A DNA stretch of 20,000 nt from an uncultured virus (IMG/VR IMGVR_UViG_3300008113_000139) (lineage: Duplodnaviria > Heunggongvirae > Uroviricota > Caudoviricetes), in IMG/VR virus record IMGVR_UViG_3300008113_000139. One strand, 5' to 3'. Shown here piece after piece: positions 8,238 to 16,604 of this stretch. Every line of letters begins with the position of its first letter. Position 1 is the stretch's first letter. The notes under the pieces were generated by a model, which worked only from the letters and a program-made list of their open reading frames with translations, ran no database searches and was not told the origin of the DNA. A program made the position numbers and the translations under genes.

Positions 8238-8269
8238 AAAACAGGGGCGCTAAGCGCCCCTGTTTTTTT
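8238..8269 (+). terminator. Rho-independent terminator closing cassette 2 (possibly bidirectional)
   Basis: AAAACAGGGGCGC-TAA-GCGCCCCTGTTTT then further Ts; GC-rich stem with A and T tracts on either side. Confidence 0.92.
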
Positions 8270-8274
8270 ATGTA

Positions 8275-8303
8275 AGAACTCTGGCACCTACTGAGAATAT
8301 AAA
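8275..8303 (+). promoter_or_regulatory. Putative early/middle promoter AGAACT-N15-AATATAAA upstream of topoisomerase medium subunit
   Basis: Lies between the terminator and the gene start, where a new promoter is needed; motif repeated at 3378 and 10332. Confidence 0.45.
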
Positions 8304-8323
8304 CATTACAATAACTTTTAGTT

Positions 8324-9718
8324 TTGAAGACCAAATCATATCCACTAAACATCTCAAAGCAAATCGATGTAAATTTCAGGAACTATGCTCTCTACGTTCT
8401 AGAGAATCGCGGAATTCCATCTTTCTATGATGCTTTGACGAATGTACAGCGTTTTATAGTTCTAAACGCTCCTCACAACTATAACAAGACAATATCACTA
8501 GTAGGTTCTTGCATTTCTGATGGATATCACCACGGAGACAAGTCGCTGACCGGCGCGATCAATAAACTGGCTCGTCCATTTGGAAATAGCGAGCAGCTTC
8601 TGCAAGGTGATGGGTTCTTTGGCACTCCTATCAATCACGAAGCATCTGCGGCTCGTTATACATCGGTCAAGATCAATCCTAAGATTGCCGATATGATTCG
8701 TAAGAGTGACTTCCTCAATGAAAAGAACGAAGAAGGATCTTGGAATCCTCTTTGGCTCGACTTACCCATCGGCATTACGAATATGATCATAGGCATCGCG
8801 GTAGGTTACAAAACAACCGTTCTTCCTCGAGATCTTGAAGACATCCAGAAATACTTGGATGGATCAATCAAAGAAGTGGTACCTAAGTTTAAGAATTTCA
8901 AGGGAAAGGTTAAAAGGTTCAAAGGCTTGAACAAGACCTGGCTGATCGAAGGAGTTATGCAGGTCAATGAATCAGCAAAGACGATCCGTGTAACTGAATT
9001 ACCGCCGCTCATGAAGTATGGCAGTTTCTTGAAAAAGTTAGAGACTATACTTGAGAACCACACTGTAAAAATGACGAACAACTCGTCAACGAATATCGAC
9101 ATAATCTTGCAGTTCGCTGGTAAGAAAGACGAATGGCAAGTGTTCTTAGACGCAGTCGAGAAAAGTATCAAGATGCTCATAACCGAAACGCCGGTCTTTG
9201 TAAAAGACGGACTTGTTCTGGAATACGAAAGAATCGAAGACTACATCAATGACTACCGTTATCGATTAGCTGATCTAAGAGTTCGCAGGATTCAGCACTT
9301 TAAGAAATTGAACGATGATGAACTGTTATTCTTAATCTATAAAGAAAAGTACTTGATGTTCATGCTTGCTGGAAAAGGTAAGATGAGAACCGACTCTGAA
9401 GTCGACTCTTTCTTGACAGAACTAACATCCGAACATCCACACATTCGTAGACGTTTGGAATCAATCTTATTAAAGTCCTTGACAGAACAAGAACTTGAAA
9501 GAACCCGTGAAAGGATTAAGTTCTTAAAAGAAGAAATCAAACGTCAAGAAAAAGAACTTGCACAAGCAGTCAAAGATTTCCAAAAGATGGAAGACACGGC
9601 TCTAAAAAGAGCAACCACAAACCGTTCAGCATCATCGGTGGATCTCTTTGCCGATGAAGAAGAAATCGATGGAATAGAAGTATATCAAAATGCAATACAA
9701 GATGAAGAAGAAATTTAA
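8324..9718 (+). CDS. gp52: Type IIA DNA topoisomerase medium (breakage-reunion) subunit, GyrA/ParC-like, T4 gp52 equivalent
   Basis: RGIPSFYDALTNVQR, YHHGDKS, GDGFFG, catalytic AARYT, GIAVGY, ELPP; TTG start; acidic C-terminus. Confidence 0.93.
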   Translation: MKTKSYPLNISKQIDVNFRNYALYVLENRGIPSFYDALTNVQRFIVLNAPHNYNKTISLVGSCISDGYHHGDKSLTGAINKLARPFGNSEQLLQGDGFFGTPINHEASAARYTSVKINPKIADMIRKSDFLNEKNEEGSWNPLWLDLPIGITNMIIGIAVGYKTTVLPRDLEDIQKYLDGSIKEVVPKFKNFKGKVKRFKGLNKTWLIEGVMQVNESAKTIRVTELPPLMKYGSFLKKLETILENHTVKMTNNSSTNIDIILQFAGKKDEWQVFLDAVEKSIKMLITETPVFVKDGLVLEYERIEDYINDYRYRLADLRVRRIQHFKKLNDDELLFLIYKEKYLMFMLAGKGKMRTDSEVDSFLTELTSEHPHIRRRLESILLKSLTEQELERTRERIKFLKEEIKRQEKELAQAVKDFQKMEDTALKRATTNRSASSVDLFADEEEIDGIEVYQNAIQDEEEI

Positions 9719-10331
9719 TACCGCACCGCTTCTGCATGCGCGCCCACAATCACACGACGAAGATGAACAAACAAACATGCATCCAGGAATCTCAGTTCTA
9801 GGCGATCACATCTGGTTCTACGGCCCTATAGATGAAAGATCAGCTCTTGCTCTGAACCGCTCTTTACATGAGTTATCAATGAAACTAGCTCCCACGGCGT
9901 TTTCTTCGATGCAAGAAGTTGGATCTCCTTCACCAATCTGGCTTCACATAAATTCAACAGGCGGAGAGATATTCTCATCTTTTGCTATCGCTGATACCGT
10001 TGAAAGGATATCCTCGTTGACCCCGGTCATAACAGTCATTGAAGGATGTGCTGCATCAGGAGCTACATTCGTATCAACCGCAGGAACAAAAAGGCTCATG
10101 CGAAAAAATGCCTACATGCTCGTTCATGAGTTAAGCAGTGCATCTTGGGGCAAGTACACAGAACTCAAAGACGACATGGTCAGCAACGACTCTATCATGA
10201 AGACTGTTAAAGATTGGTACACATCTAAGACAAAGCTACCTGCCAAAGAACTCGATAAAATACTATCACACGATATCTGGTGGAATGCCAAGCAATGTCT
10301 CAAGTACGGCCTCATTGATCAAATCATCTAA
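9702..10331 (+). CDS. clpP: ClpP-family serine protease
   Basis: IWFYGPID, INSTGGE, catalytic triad context CAASGA (Ser), MLVHE (His), HDIWW (Asp), C-terminal YGLIDQII. Start may be 9690 or 9702. Confidence 0.9.
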   Translation: MKKKFNTAPLLHARPQSHDEDEQTNMHPGISVLGDHIWFYGPIDERSALALNRSLHELSMKLAPTAFSSMQEVGSPSPIWLHINSTGGEIFSSFAIADTVERISSLTPVITVIEGCAASGATFVSTAGTKRLMRKNAYMLVHELSSASWGKYTELKDDMVSNDSIMKTVKDWYTSKTKLPAKELDKILSHDIWWNAKQCLKYGLIDQII

Positions 10332-10360
10332 AGAACTACTATACTTACTCTGAATAAAAT
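10332..10360 (+). promoter_or_regulatory. Putative early/middle promoter AGAACT-N15-AATAAAAT upstream of the clamp-polymerase-UvsX genes
   Basis: Third intergenic copy of the bipartite motif. Confidence 0.4.
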
Positions 10361-10382
10361 AACAAATCATAAAATCAAAAAA

Positions 10383-11123
10383 ATGAAAAACGTAAAATCA
10401 CTTCAATTAAGCTCAACTGAAGAACTTTCCAATTTTCTCAGAAGGTTTGCGCCAATCTCGTCAAGCCTTTTGATCGAAGTGGAAGATGGACAACTCAAGG
10501 CAAAGACTCACACTCCCGAAAGGTCTGTTGTGAAATCATCCAAAATCGACATGACTCGTGTTTTCGATATGGAAGATGGATCTGATGATTCTGTAAAGTT
10601 TGGTCTTTACTCTGTGGATCGTATGATGAAATCATTCAGTCACTTCGGAAGCGGGGCCATCGAGTTTGAACTTCATCAGGAAAATACATCGGAAGGAAAT
10701 GTAGGAACTGACATCAACTTGAAGAACGAATCTTTGGACATCAACTTCCAATGTGCCAGCCTTCGTCTGTTCACACACATCACCGATGAAATGATGGACA
10801 AGATTGCGGATTCATCTGCTGCTGAGGTCTCTTTCGTTCTTACCAAAGAAATGCAAGCTAAGATCAACAGCTTGGCTGGAATCGACGCAGACCAGAAGTT
10901 GCTGACAATCGGTGTTAAGAAAGGAAACGTAGTCGTTTCGGGTAAGAGCTTTAACTTAAACCTCATGAACATCGAGACTTCCACAGATGTAACAATCTCT
11001 GTTTACAAAAATCAATTTGCATATTTGGATAAAGAAGACACAATGGTGTATGTGACTGAAGATCGTCTTATCTTCCACTCTATTGAGTCTGATACCAAAA
11101 TGATAATCGGAAAAGCTGAGTAA
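10383..11123 (+). CDS. gp45: DNA polymerase sliding clamp (T4 gp45-like)
   Basis: 246 aa; FLRRFAPISSSLLI and FGLYSVDRMMKSF resemble the gp45 N-terminal patterns; stop overlaps the polymerase start (TAATG). Confidence 0.7.
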   Translation: MKNVKSLQLSSTEELSNFLRRFAPISSSLLIEVEDGQLKAKTHTPERSVVKSSKIDMTRVFDMEDGSDDSVKFGLYSVDRMMKSFSHFGSGAIEFELHQENTSEGNVGTDINLKNESLDINFQCASLRLFTHITDEMMDKIADSSAAEVSFVLTKEMQAKINSLAGIDADQKLLTIGVKKGNVVVSGKSFNLNLMNIETSTDVTISVYKNQFAYLDKEDTMVYVTEDRLIFHSIESDTKMIIGKAE

Positions 11124-12301
11124 TGAAGTACTGCCAGATCGATCCCGCCGCATCAAGCAAAGAGGACATCGAGGCAGAGATCGCAAGACTAACATACTTG
11201 ATGAACCTCAAAAAGAATGAGGAACAAGCTATCAAGATCTTCATTAACTCTGTCTATGGTGCCACAGCTTCCCCCTACTTCGTTGGTTACAATGTAAGAG
11301 TTGCAGAGGCAATTACTCTGCAAGGACAAGAGATGATTAAGTTCGTCTCAAAAATTACGAACCGTTACTTCAACGAGTTTTGGCACAAAGACAAGAAGCT
11401 TCACGAAGTCCTCGGCCTTACGGACGTTAAACAAGTAAAAGGCGAAGTCGCAGTCTACGGTGATACCGACTCTTGCTACGTAGCTTTTGAGGAAGTGGTT
11501 TCTGGATGTGATTGGAAAGAAGACCCAATCAAACTTATTCACGGAATCTATAAGAATAGATTAAAAGAATATCTAGGAACCGCTTTCAAAAAGTTTGCTG
11601 AAGGTTACGGAACAGAAAACATCCAAGATCTCGAGCTCGAAACCATTTCATACTCAGCAATCTTCTTAAAGAAAAAGAAGTATGTGATGGATAAAGCTTG
11701 GAAATCTGGAGAAGGCGACGGTATCTTTTACAAAGAACAAGAAAAGATCGACGCAAAAGGTGTTGAAATCGTACAGTCATCAACTCCTGCTTTTGCTCGT
11801 AAGAAGATGAAAGAACTGCTGAAGATCATTTTTCGCGAAAGAAACAAGCTCAACATGCGCAGCCTCGCTGATCTGCTTAAGAAAGAAAAGCAAGCGTTCA
11901 TACTTGACAACATCGAGAACATCTCAATGTCTTCGAGTATCAGCGATTACGAAAAAGGAATTGCAGATGATCGTAAATCACTGGTCTTCAATGACCACTG
12001 CCCGATGCACGTCCGCGCCGCTGGGTTCCACAACTATCTGATAAACAATAGTAAGTGGAAGAACAAGTACCAGCTAATTAAAAGTGGAGACAAAGTAAGA
12101 TATTACTACGCTAAGAACGATGAAGGCGGAGAAAACGTATTCGCTTACTTGCCAGCAAACCATCCGGTGGAAATTGCTCCTGCTGTTGATTATGATCTGC
12201 AGTTCGCAAAGTGTATCGTAGATCCTCTCAATCGTTTCATCGCAGCAATCGGCTTACCACCTCTATCACCAGAACTCATCGTAAGAACACAACTATTCTA
12301 A
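11123..12301 (+). CDS. gp43: Family B DNA polymerase, C-terminal subunit of a split enzyme (gp43B-like)
   Basis: Motif B KIFINSVYG, ITLQGQ, motif C YGDTDS, KKKKY, KGVEIVQSSTP; no exonuclease domain or motif A; only 392 aa. Confidence 0.9.
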   Translation: MKYCQIDPAASSKEDIEAEIARLTYLMNLKKNEEQAIKIFINSVYGATASPYFVGYNVRVAEAITLQGQEMIKFVSKITNRYFNEFWHKDKKLHEVLGLTDVKQVKGEVAVYGDTDSCYVAFEEVVSGCDWKEDPIKLIHGIYKNRLKEYLGTAFKKFAEGYGTENIQDLELETISYSAIFLKKKKYVMDKAWKSGEGDGIFYKEQEKIDAKGVEIVQSSTPAFARKKMKELLKIIFRERNKLNMRSLADLLKKEKQAFILDNIENISMSSSISDYEKGIADDRKSLVFNDHCPMHVRAAGFHNYLINNSKWKNKYQLIKSGDKVRYYYAKNDEGGENVFAYLPANHPVEIAPAVDYDLQFAKCIVDPLNRFIAAIGLPPLSPELIVRTQLF

Positions 12302-12317
12302 AAAACAAAATAAGAAC

Positions 12318-13571
12318 ATGGCAAAATCATTTTCCTTTACAGAACTAGACGCAGCTCTAACCAAAATCAATCCTAAAGGCTCTATCATCACAACGAACAC
12401 ATTCTCAAAGATTGACGAATACATTCCATCCGGGAACTACATGCTGAACGCTCAGCTAACAGGTTCTCTCTTTGGAGGTATTCCTAACTCAAGATCAATC
12501 TGCTTTGCTGGAGAATCCGGCACAGGTAAAACATTCTTAACATTGAATGCTTGCCGTGAAGCACAGAAGATGGGCTATCATATCATCTACTGTGATTCCG
12601 AAGCAGCTGTTGATGAAGACACAATGAAGAACTTCGGAATTGATCCTGAAGGTGTTCGTTATCAGCCAGTAGGAACTTCATTGGAAGTTCGTCACTTCGT
12701 AACCAACCTTTGTGATCAACTTAAGAAAGCCAAAGACAAAGGAGCAGAGACACCCAAGATCCTTTTGGTTCTCGACTCTCTGGGCAACTTAGCTACTACC
12801 AAAGAACGTGCTGACGCTGCATCAGGAAGTGAAAAGAAAGATATGACAAAGCAACAAGACTTGCGCTCACTTTTCCGCGTTATCACTACCGACCTCGCAG
12901 AGTTCAAGATTCCGTTCATCTTTACCAACCACACATACGCAAGCATCGGTTCTTTCATACCAGGCCAAACAATCTCTGGCGGTGGCGGAGCAATCTACAA
13001 CGCTTCGATTATTGTACAGCTCTCGAAAGCTGGTCTTAAAGAAGGCGCCGTTGGTTCAAACGGATTCGCGATGAAGACAGGAATCGTCGTAACATCAAAA
13101 CCTGCTAAGAACCGCTTTGCTCGCCCTCTTCCTATCAAGTTTCATATTTCATTCTACAAAGGTATGAACCCATACGTTGGTTTGGAACAATACATTAACT
13201 GGGAAAACTGCGGAATACAAAAAGGCAAGCTGATCGGTCAAAAAGAATTCGATAAGTGGTATGGCGGAGGTCACGAAAAGAAAGCAGAAGTTGAAGCAAC
13301 TCGTTTCGTTAAGAAAAACGAAGATGGCACTGAGACAGTCTTATACTTTGAAGATCGACCAACTGCTCGCACTATGGCATGTCGCCACTTAGGAGAAGAA
13401 ATCAAACCACAAGATCTGTTCACACCTCGTGTAATCACTGAAGAAGTTCTTCGAGAACTTGACGAAAAGATCATCAAGAAAATGTTCATGCTGCCAAACA
13501 TAGGTGATGTGAATCAGATCGAAGATGATGAAATCGTAGGTGATATTTTTGATACTGAAAATGAAGATTAA
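12318..13571 (+). CDS. uvsX: UvsX/RecA-like recombinase
   Basis: LNAQLTGSLFGG, Walker A GESGTGKT, DSE, Walker B LVLDSLGNL, FTNHTY, SGGGGAIY, KNRF. Confidence 0.93.
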   Translation: MAKSFSFTELDAALTKINPKGSIITTNTFSKIDEYIPSGNYMLNAQLTGSLFGGIPNSRSICFAGESGTGKTFLTLNACREAQKMGYHIIYCDSEAAVDEDTMKNFGIDPEGVRYQPVGTSLEVRHFVTNLCDQLKKAKDKGAETPKILLVLDSLGNLATTKERADAASGSEKKDMTKQQDLRSLFRVITTDLAEFKIPFIFTNHTYASIGSFIPGQTISGGGGAIYNASIIVQLSKAGLKEGAVGSNGFAMKTGIVVTSKPAKNRFARPLPIKFHISFYKGMNPYVGLEQYINWENCGIQKGKLIGQKEFDKWYGGGHEKKAEVEATRFVKKNEDGTETVLYFEDRPTARTMACRHLGEEIKPQDLFTPRVITEEVLRELDEKIIKKMFMLPNIGDVNQIEDDEIVGDIFDTENED

Positions 13572-13884
13572 CCAAAACAAACTTCCAGTCAAGTATGCTC
13601 TGAATGTGTACAAGGAAATGAAAGAGTTTCCCACACACATGGACTTAGTGTACATGCTTTTAAGCAACTTATCAGACAGGGAAGAAATTGAGAAATCCTT
13701 TACACCGTCCCAAGTGTGGCAATACATGAAAGACGGTGTAGGGACCATCAATGAACTGCAAGGTTTCCTAGACTATGTGTCGGATCCTGCTGACTGTCCT
13801 GGTGCGTTTCTTCAAAAGTTGGAAATGACACAAGGAAGAAAACCCGAGTGGCAATACAAAGTATTAGACAATCCTTGGGCGTAA
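13561..13884 (+). CDS. Hypothetical protein between uvsX and helicase (position of T4 gene 40)
   Basis: 107-aa ORF from ATG 13561 overlapping the uvsX stop (track start 13540); no recognisable motif. Confidence 0.65.
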   Translation: MKINQNKLPVKYALNVYKEMKEFPTHMDLVYMLLSNLSDREEIEKSFTPSQVWQYMKDGVGTINELQGFLDYVSDPADCPGAFLQKLEMTQGRKPEWQYKVLDNPWA

Positions 13885-13920
13885 AAAATCATTTAATCAA
13901 CTCGTGTATATAAACAATGT

Positions 13921-15181
13921 ATGGTATCTACCCATTTAGAAAAAATCTTTTATCACTACTTACTATCGAGAAAAGAACTCGTTGATGTAGTCAGCAATAA
14001 CCAAGGAGTTCGTCGAAAAATACAGCACGATTCCGACCAAAGCACAGATCGTAGAACTCACTAAAGTTAAAGGCTTACAAGAAGACCTAACAGAAACTAA
14101 AGTTGATTCGCTGTTCGATGTCCGTCTTGGAGAATACGATGAAGACTGGCTTCAGCAAACAGCTGAGTCTTGGATTGAATATAAGAACCTTGACATATCG
14201 GTTCTAGACCTCATCACATATCTTAAGACTACCAAGGTTTCTGTGGAAAACGTCAAAGACGTGGTACAGAATGCCAAGAACATCATAACCGAACGCAACA
14301 ACATTCAGTTTGGATTCGATGAAGGTCTTGACTTCTTTGATCCTGAGTCTCACACACAACCAACCACCGATACATTTAGCTCAGGAATTCCTTACATTGA
14401 TCTTGTTCTTGGCGGAGGATTCTACTCAAAAGCGCTTTTCTGCTTCATTGGTGAAATGAAGATTGGTAAGTCGATCTGGCTGGCCAACCTTGCAGCCAAT
14501 AGCGTAAGAATGGGTTACAATACCGCGGTCTTATCGTTAGAGATGAGAGATCGCAAACTCGTTAAGAGGTTAGGCGCAAACTTGCTAAACATCAGTATGC
14601 GAGAGTACGCTCAAGCAGCCGAAGACAAAGTCATGATGAAGAAGCGTCTGGCCCAAGTAGGGTATGATAGTCTTCAGGTGCCAGGAAAACTTTACGTTAA
14701 AGAATTTCCAACATCATCTGCCGGTGTTCCTGACATCGAGCGCTACTTACAAAAGATGGAAGAAACCAAAGGAATCAAGTTTAAGGTGATCATTCTTGAC
14801 TACATCAACATTCTTAAGAACTGGAGAAATCCCAATTCCGAGAATATGTATATGAAGATCAAACAAATTGCTGAAGACTTAAGAGCGATGGCTATGAGAA
14901 ATGACTGGGCTATCGTTACAGCGACTCAGATCAACCGATCTGGCTTCGGAAGTACCGACTTAAACGCAACCAACATTTCAGAATCAGCAGCATTAGGTCA
15001 TACGGTCGATGCAATGTTTGGTATCATACAGGATGAGATCATGCACGCAAACCGAGAGTACATATTGAAACTAATCGCTAACCGCGACGATGGATACAAA
15101 AATTCCCGTAGGAAGTTCTTGATTAACTATGATTACATGAGAATCATGGAAGATCCGGACTCAACAATAATCACAGAATAA
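13921..15181 (+). CDS. gp41: Replicative DnaB-family helicase (T4 gp41-like), with frameshift/deletion near 13993
   Basis: Walker A GEMKIGKS, SLEM, KEFPT, ILDYINIL, TATQINR, ISES. The main frame is open from 13991 (AITKEFVEKYSTIPTK...); the natural-looking N-terminus MVSTHLEKIFYHYLL (13921) is in another frame. Confidence 0.88.
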
Positions 15182-15606
15182 TGAAAGAAGATAAAATCTT
15201 TAACAACCGGTACAACACGGGAGACCTGGACTTTGAGCAGTTTGGTAAAATCGAACCAGACGACATTCACAGGCCCAAAGACAGCTTTGATGAGTACATC
15301 GCAAACAAGATACAGCAAGATCTTTACAACATTTTCGTAGGAGCTCACTTTTACGAAGAATACAGCAAAAGTAAGAAAGTCCCCAGAAGCGAGGTAGCTC
15401 CTATCTACTATTACTTTGACGAGCGCCTCACTAAGTCAGAAGCAATGTCAGCTATTGAAAAGTTCGTAAACATTGCTGAATTCATGAGTATGTCTTACGA
15501 TGTACTGTACGAAGAATTGGCGCCAACCTACAAGGAAAAGCTTCTAAAAGAACTTGACCTTAAGTACGGAATTTTTAAGAAGAAACGAATTCATAGATTG
15601 TTTTAA
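15181..15606 (+). CDS. Hypothetical protein, possibly gp33-like late transcription co-activator
   Basis: 141 aa, TAATG overlap with helicase. C-terminal LAPTYKEKLLKELDLKYGIFKKKRIHRLF resembles gp33-family C-termini by eye. ORF is solid, function is tentative. Confidence 0.45.
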   Translation: MKEDKIFNNRYNTGDLDFEQFGKIEPDDIHRPKDSFDEYIANKIQQDLYNIFVGAHFYEEYSKSKKVPRSEVAPIYYYFDERLTKSEAMSAIEKFVNIAEFMSMSYDVLYEELAPTYKEKLLKELDLKYGIFKKKRIHRLF

Positions 15607-15612
15607 GAAAGC

Positions 15613-16604
15613 ATGCAGAGAATAAACGCAAAAAGAATCTGGCTGATATCCGACACACACTTAGGAGTTCGTTCGAATTCCCGTGAGTGGATGGACATCA
15701 TAGAAGATTACTTTAGAAACTTCTTTATACCGCTTCTGGAAAAGGAAGGAAGACCCGGCGATGTGGTAGTCCACTGCGGTGATGTATTTGATTCAAGACA
15801 GTCGATCAACCTGTACGTACTCAACAAAGGTATCAGCATATTTGAAGACATTGCCAAGATCATGCCAACTTATATGATCATCGGCAATCACGACATCTTT
15901 ATGAAGTACACCAACGAAATCAACTCGTTGAAAGTTTTTAGGAACGTCGAGAACATAACTGTGTTTGAAGAACCTACACACATGATGTTTGGAGATAAGA
16001 AGATGTTCTTTTTACCTTGGGTTGAAAAGCACGAAGAAATCAAAGAAATCATAAAAGATCCAAAGAATGCATCAGACGTCCTCTTTTGTCATACTGATAT
16101 TCGCGGTCTATCTTTTAATCGTTTCACAAAGATTGAAGAAGGAACCGAAGCAGAAGTCTTCAAAGGCCATAAGAGAGTTATACCGAAACACAGTTCAAAA
16201 ATGATTATTCTCCAAGATTTCTAAGATACAAGCTCGAGTGGATTCTCGAGCAGACATTAGAAGACCTCCAGGCAACTTTTCAAAACAATTTTATAGATAT
16301 TATGGTCACACCACAGTGGTCCTTGAAATTCCCTTTCTCGGCCTTTACTGAAAAGTTTAGTGGGTATCGTAAGATCAATCATAATATCGTCACCGAAGAA
16401 GAACAAAAAGTTGAAGACGGCGAAGAACTTGCCGAAGGAGAATCTGGAGAAATCAATCTTACGTCATTGATCGAAAAACATATAGAAGGTCTTCACTACT
16501 CAGACGCAATCAAAGAAAAACTAATATCCGTAAGCAAGAAACTCTACCAAGAAGCCTTGCGAGAATTGGAGGAAAAAAGAAGTCATGAAAATCAAAACAA
16601 TTGA
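15613..16604 (+). CDS. gp47: Mre11/SbcD-like recombination nuclease (T4 gp47-like), interrupted by an apparent deletion/frameshift near 16180
   Basis: Metallophosphoesterase motifs SDTHLG, GDVFD, GNHD, FCH. The GHxH motif is missing. The C-terminal part (TETQFKNDYSPRFLRYKLEW...) continues in another frame, open from 16173 to 16604. Confidence 0.85.

Noticed and set aside
13200..13440. Intein or homing endonuclease in the long UvsX C-terminal region
   Set aside because: No intein splice motifs or LAGLIDADG/HNH signature seen; it looks like a lineage-specific extension.
16302..16604. Independent 100-aa gene
   Set aside because: Its frame is open from 16173 and reads as the gp47 C-terminal region.
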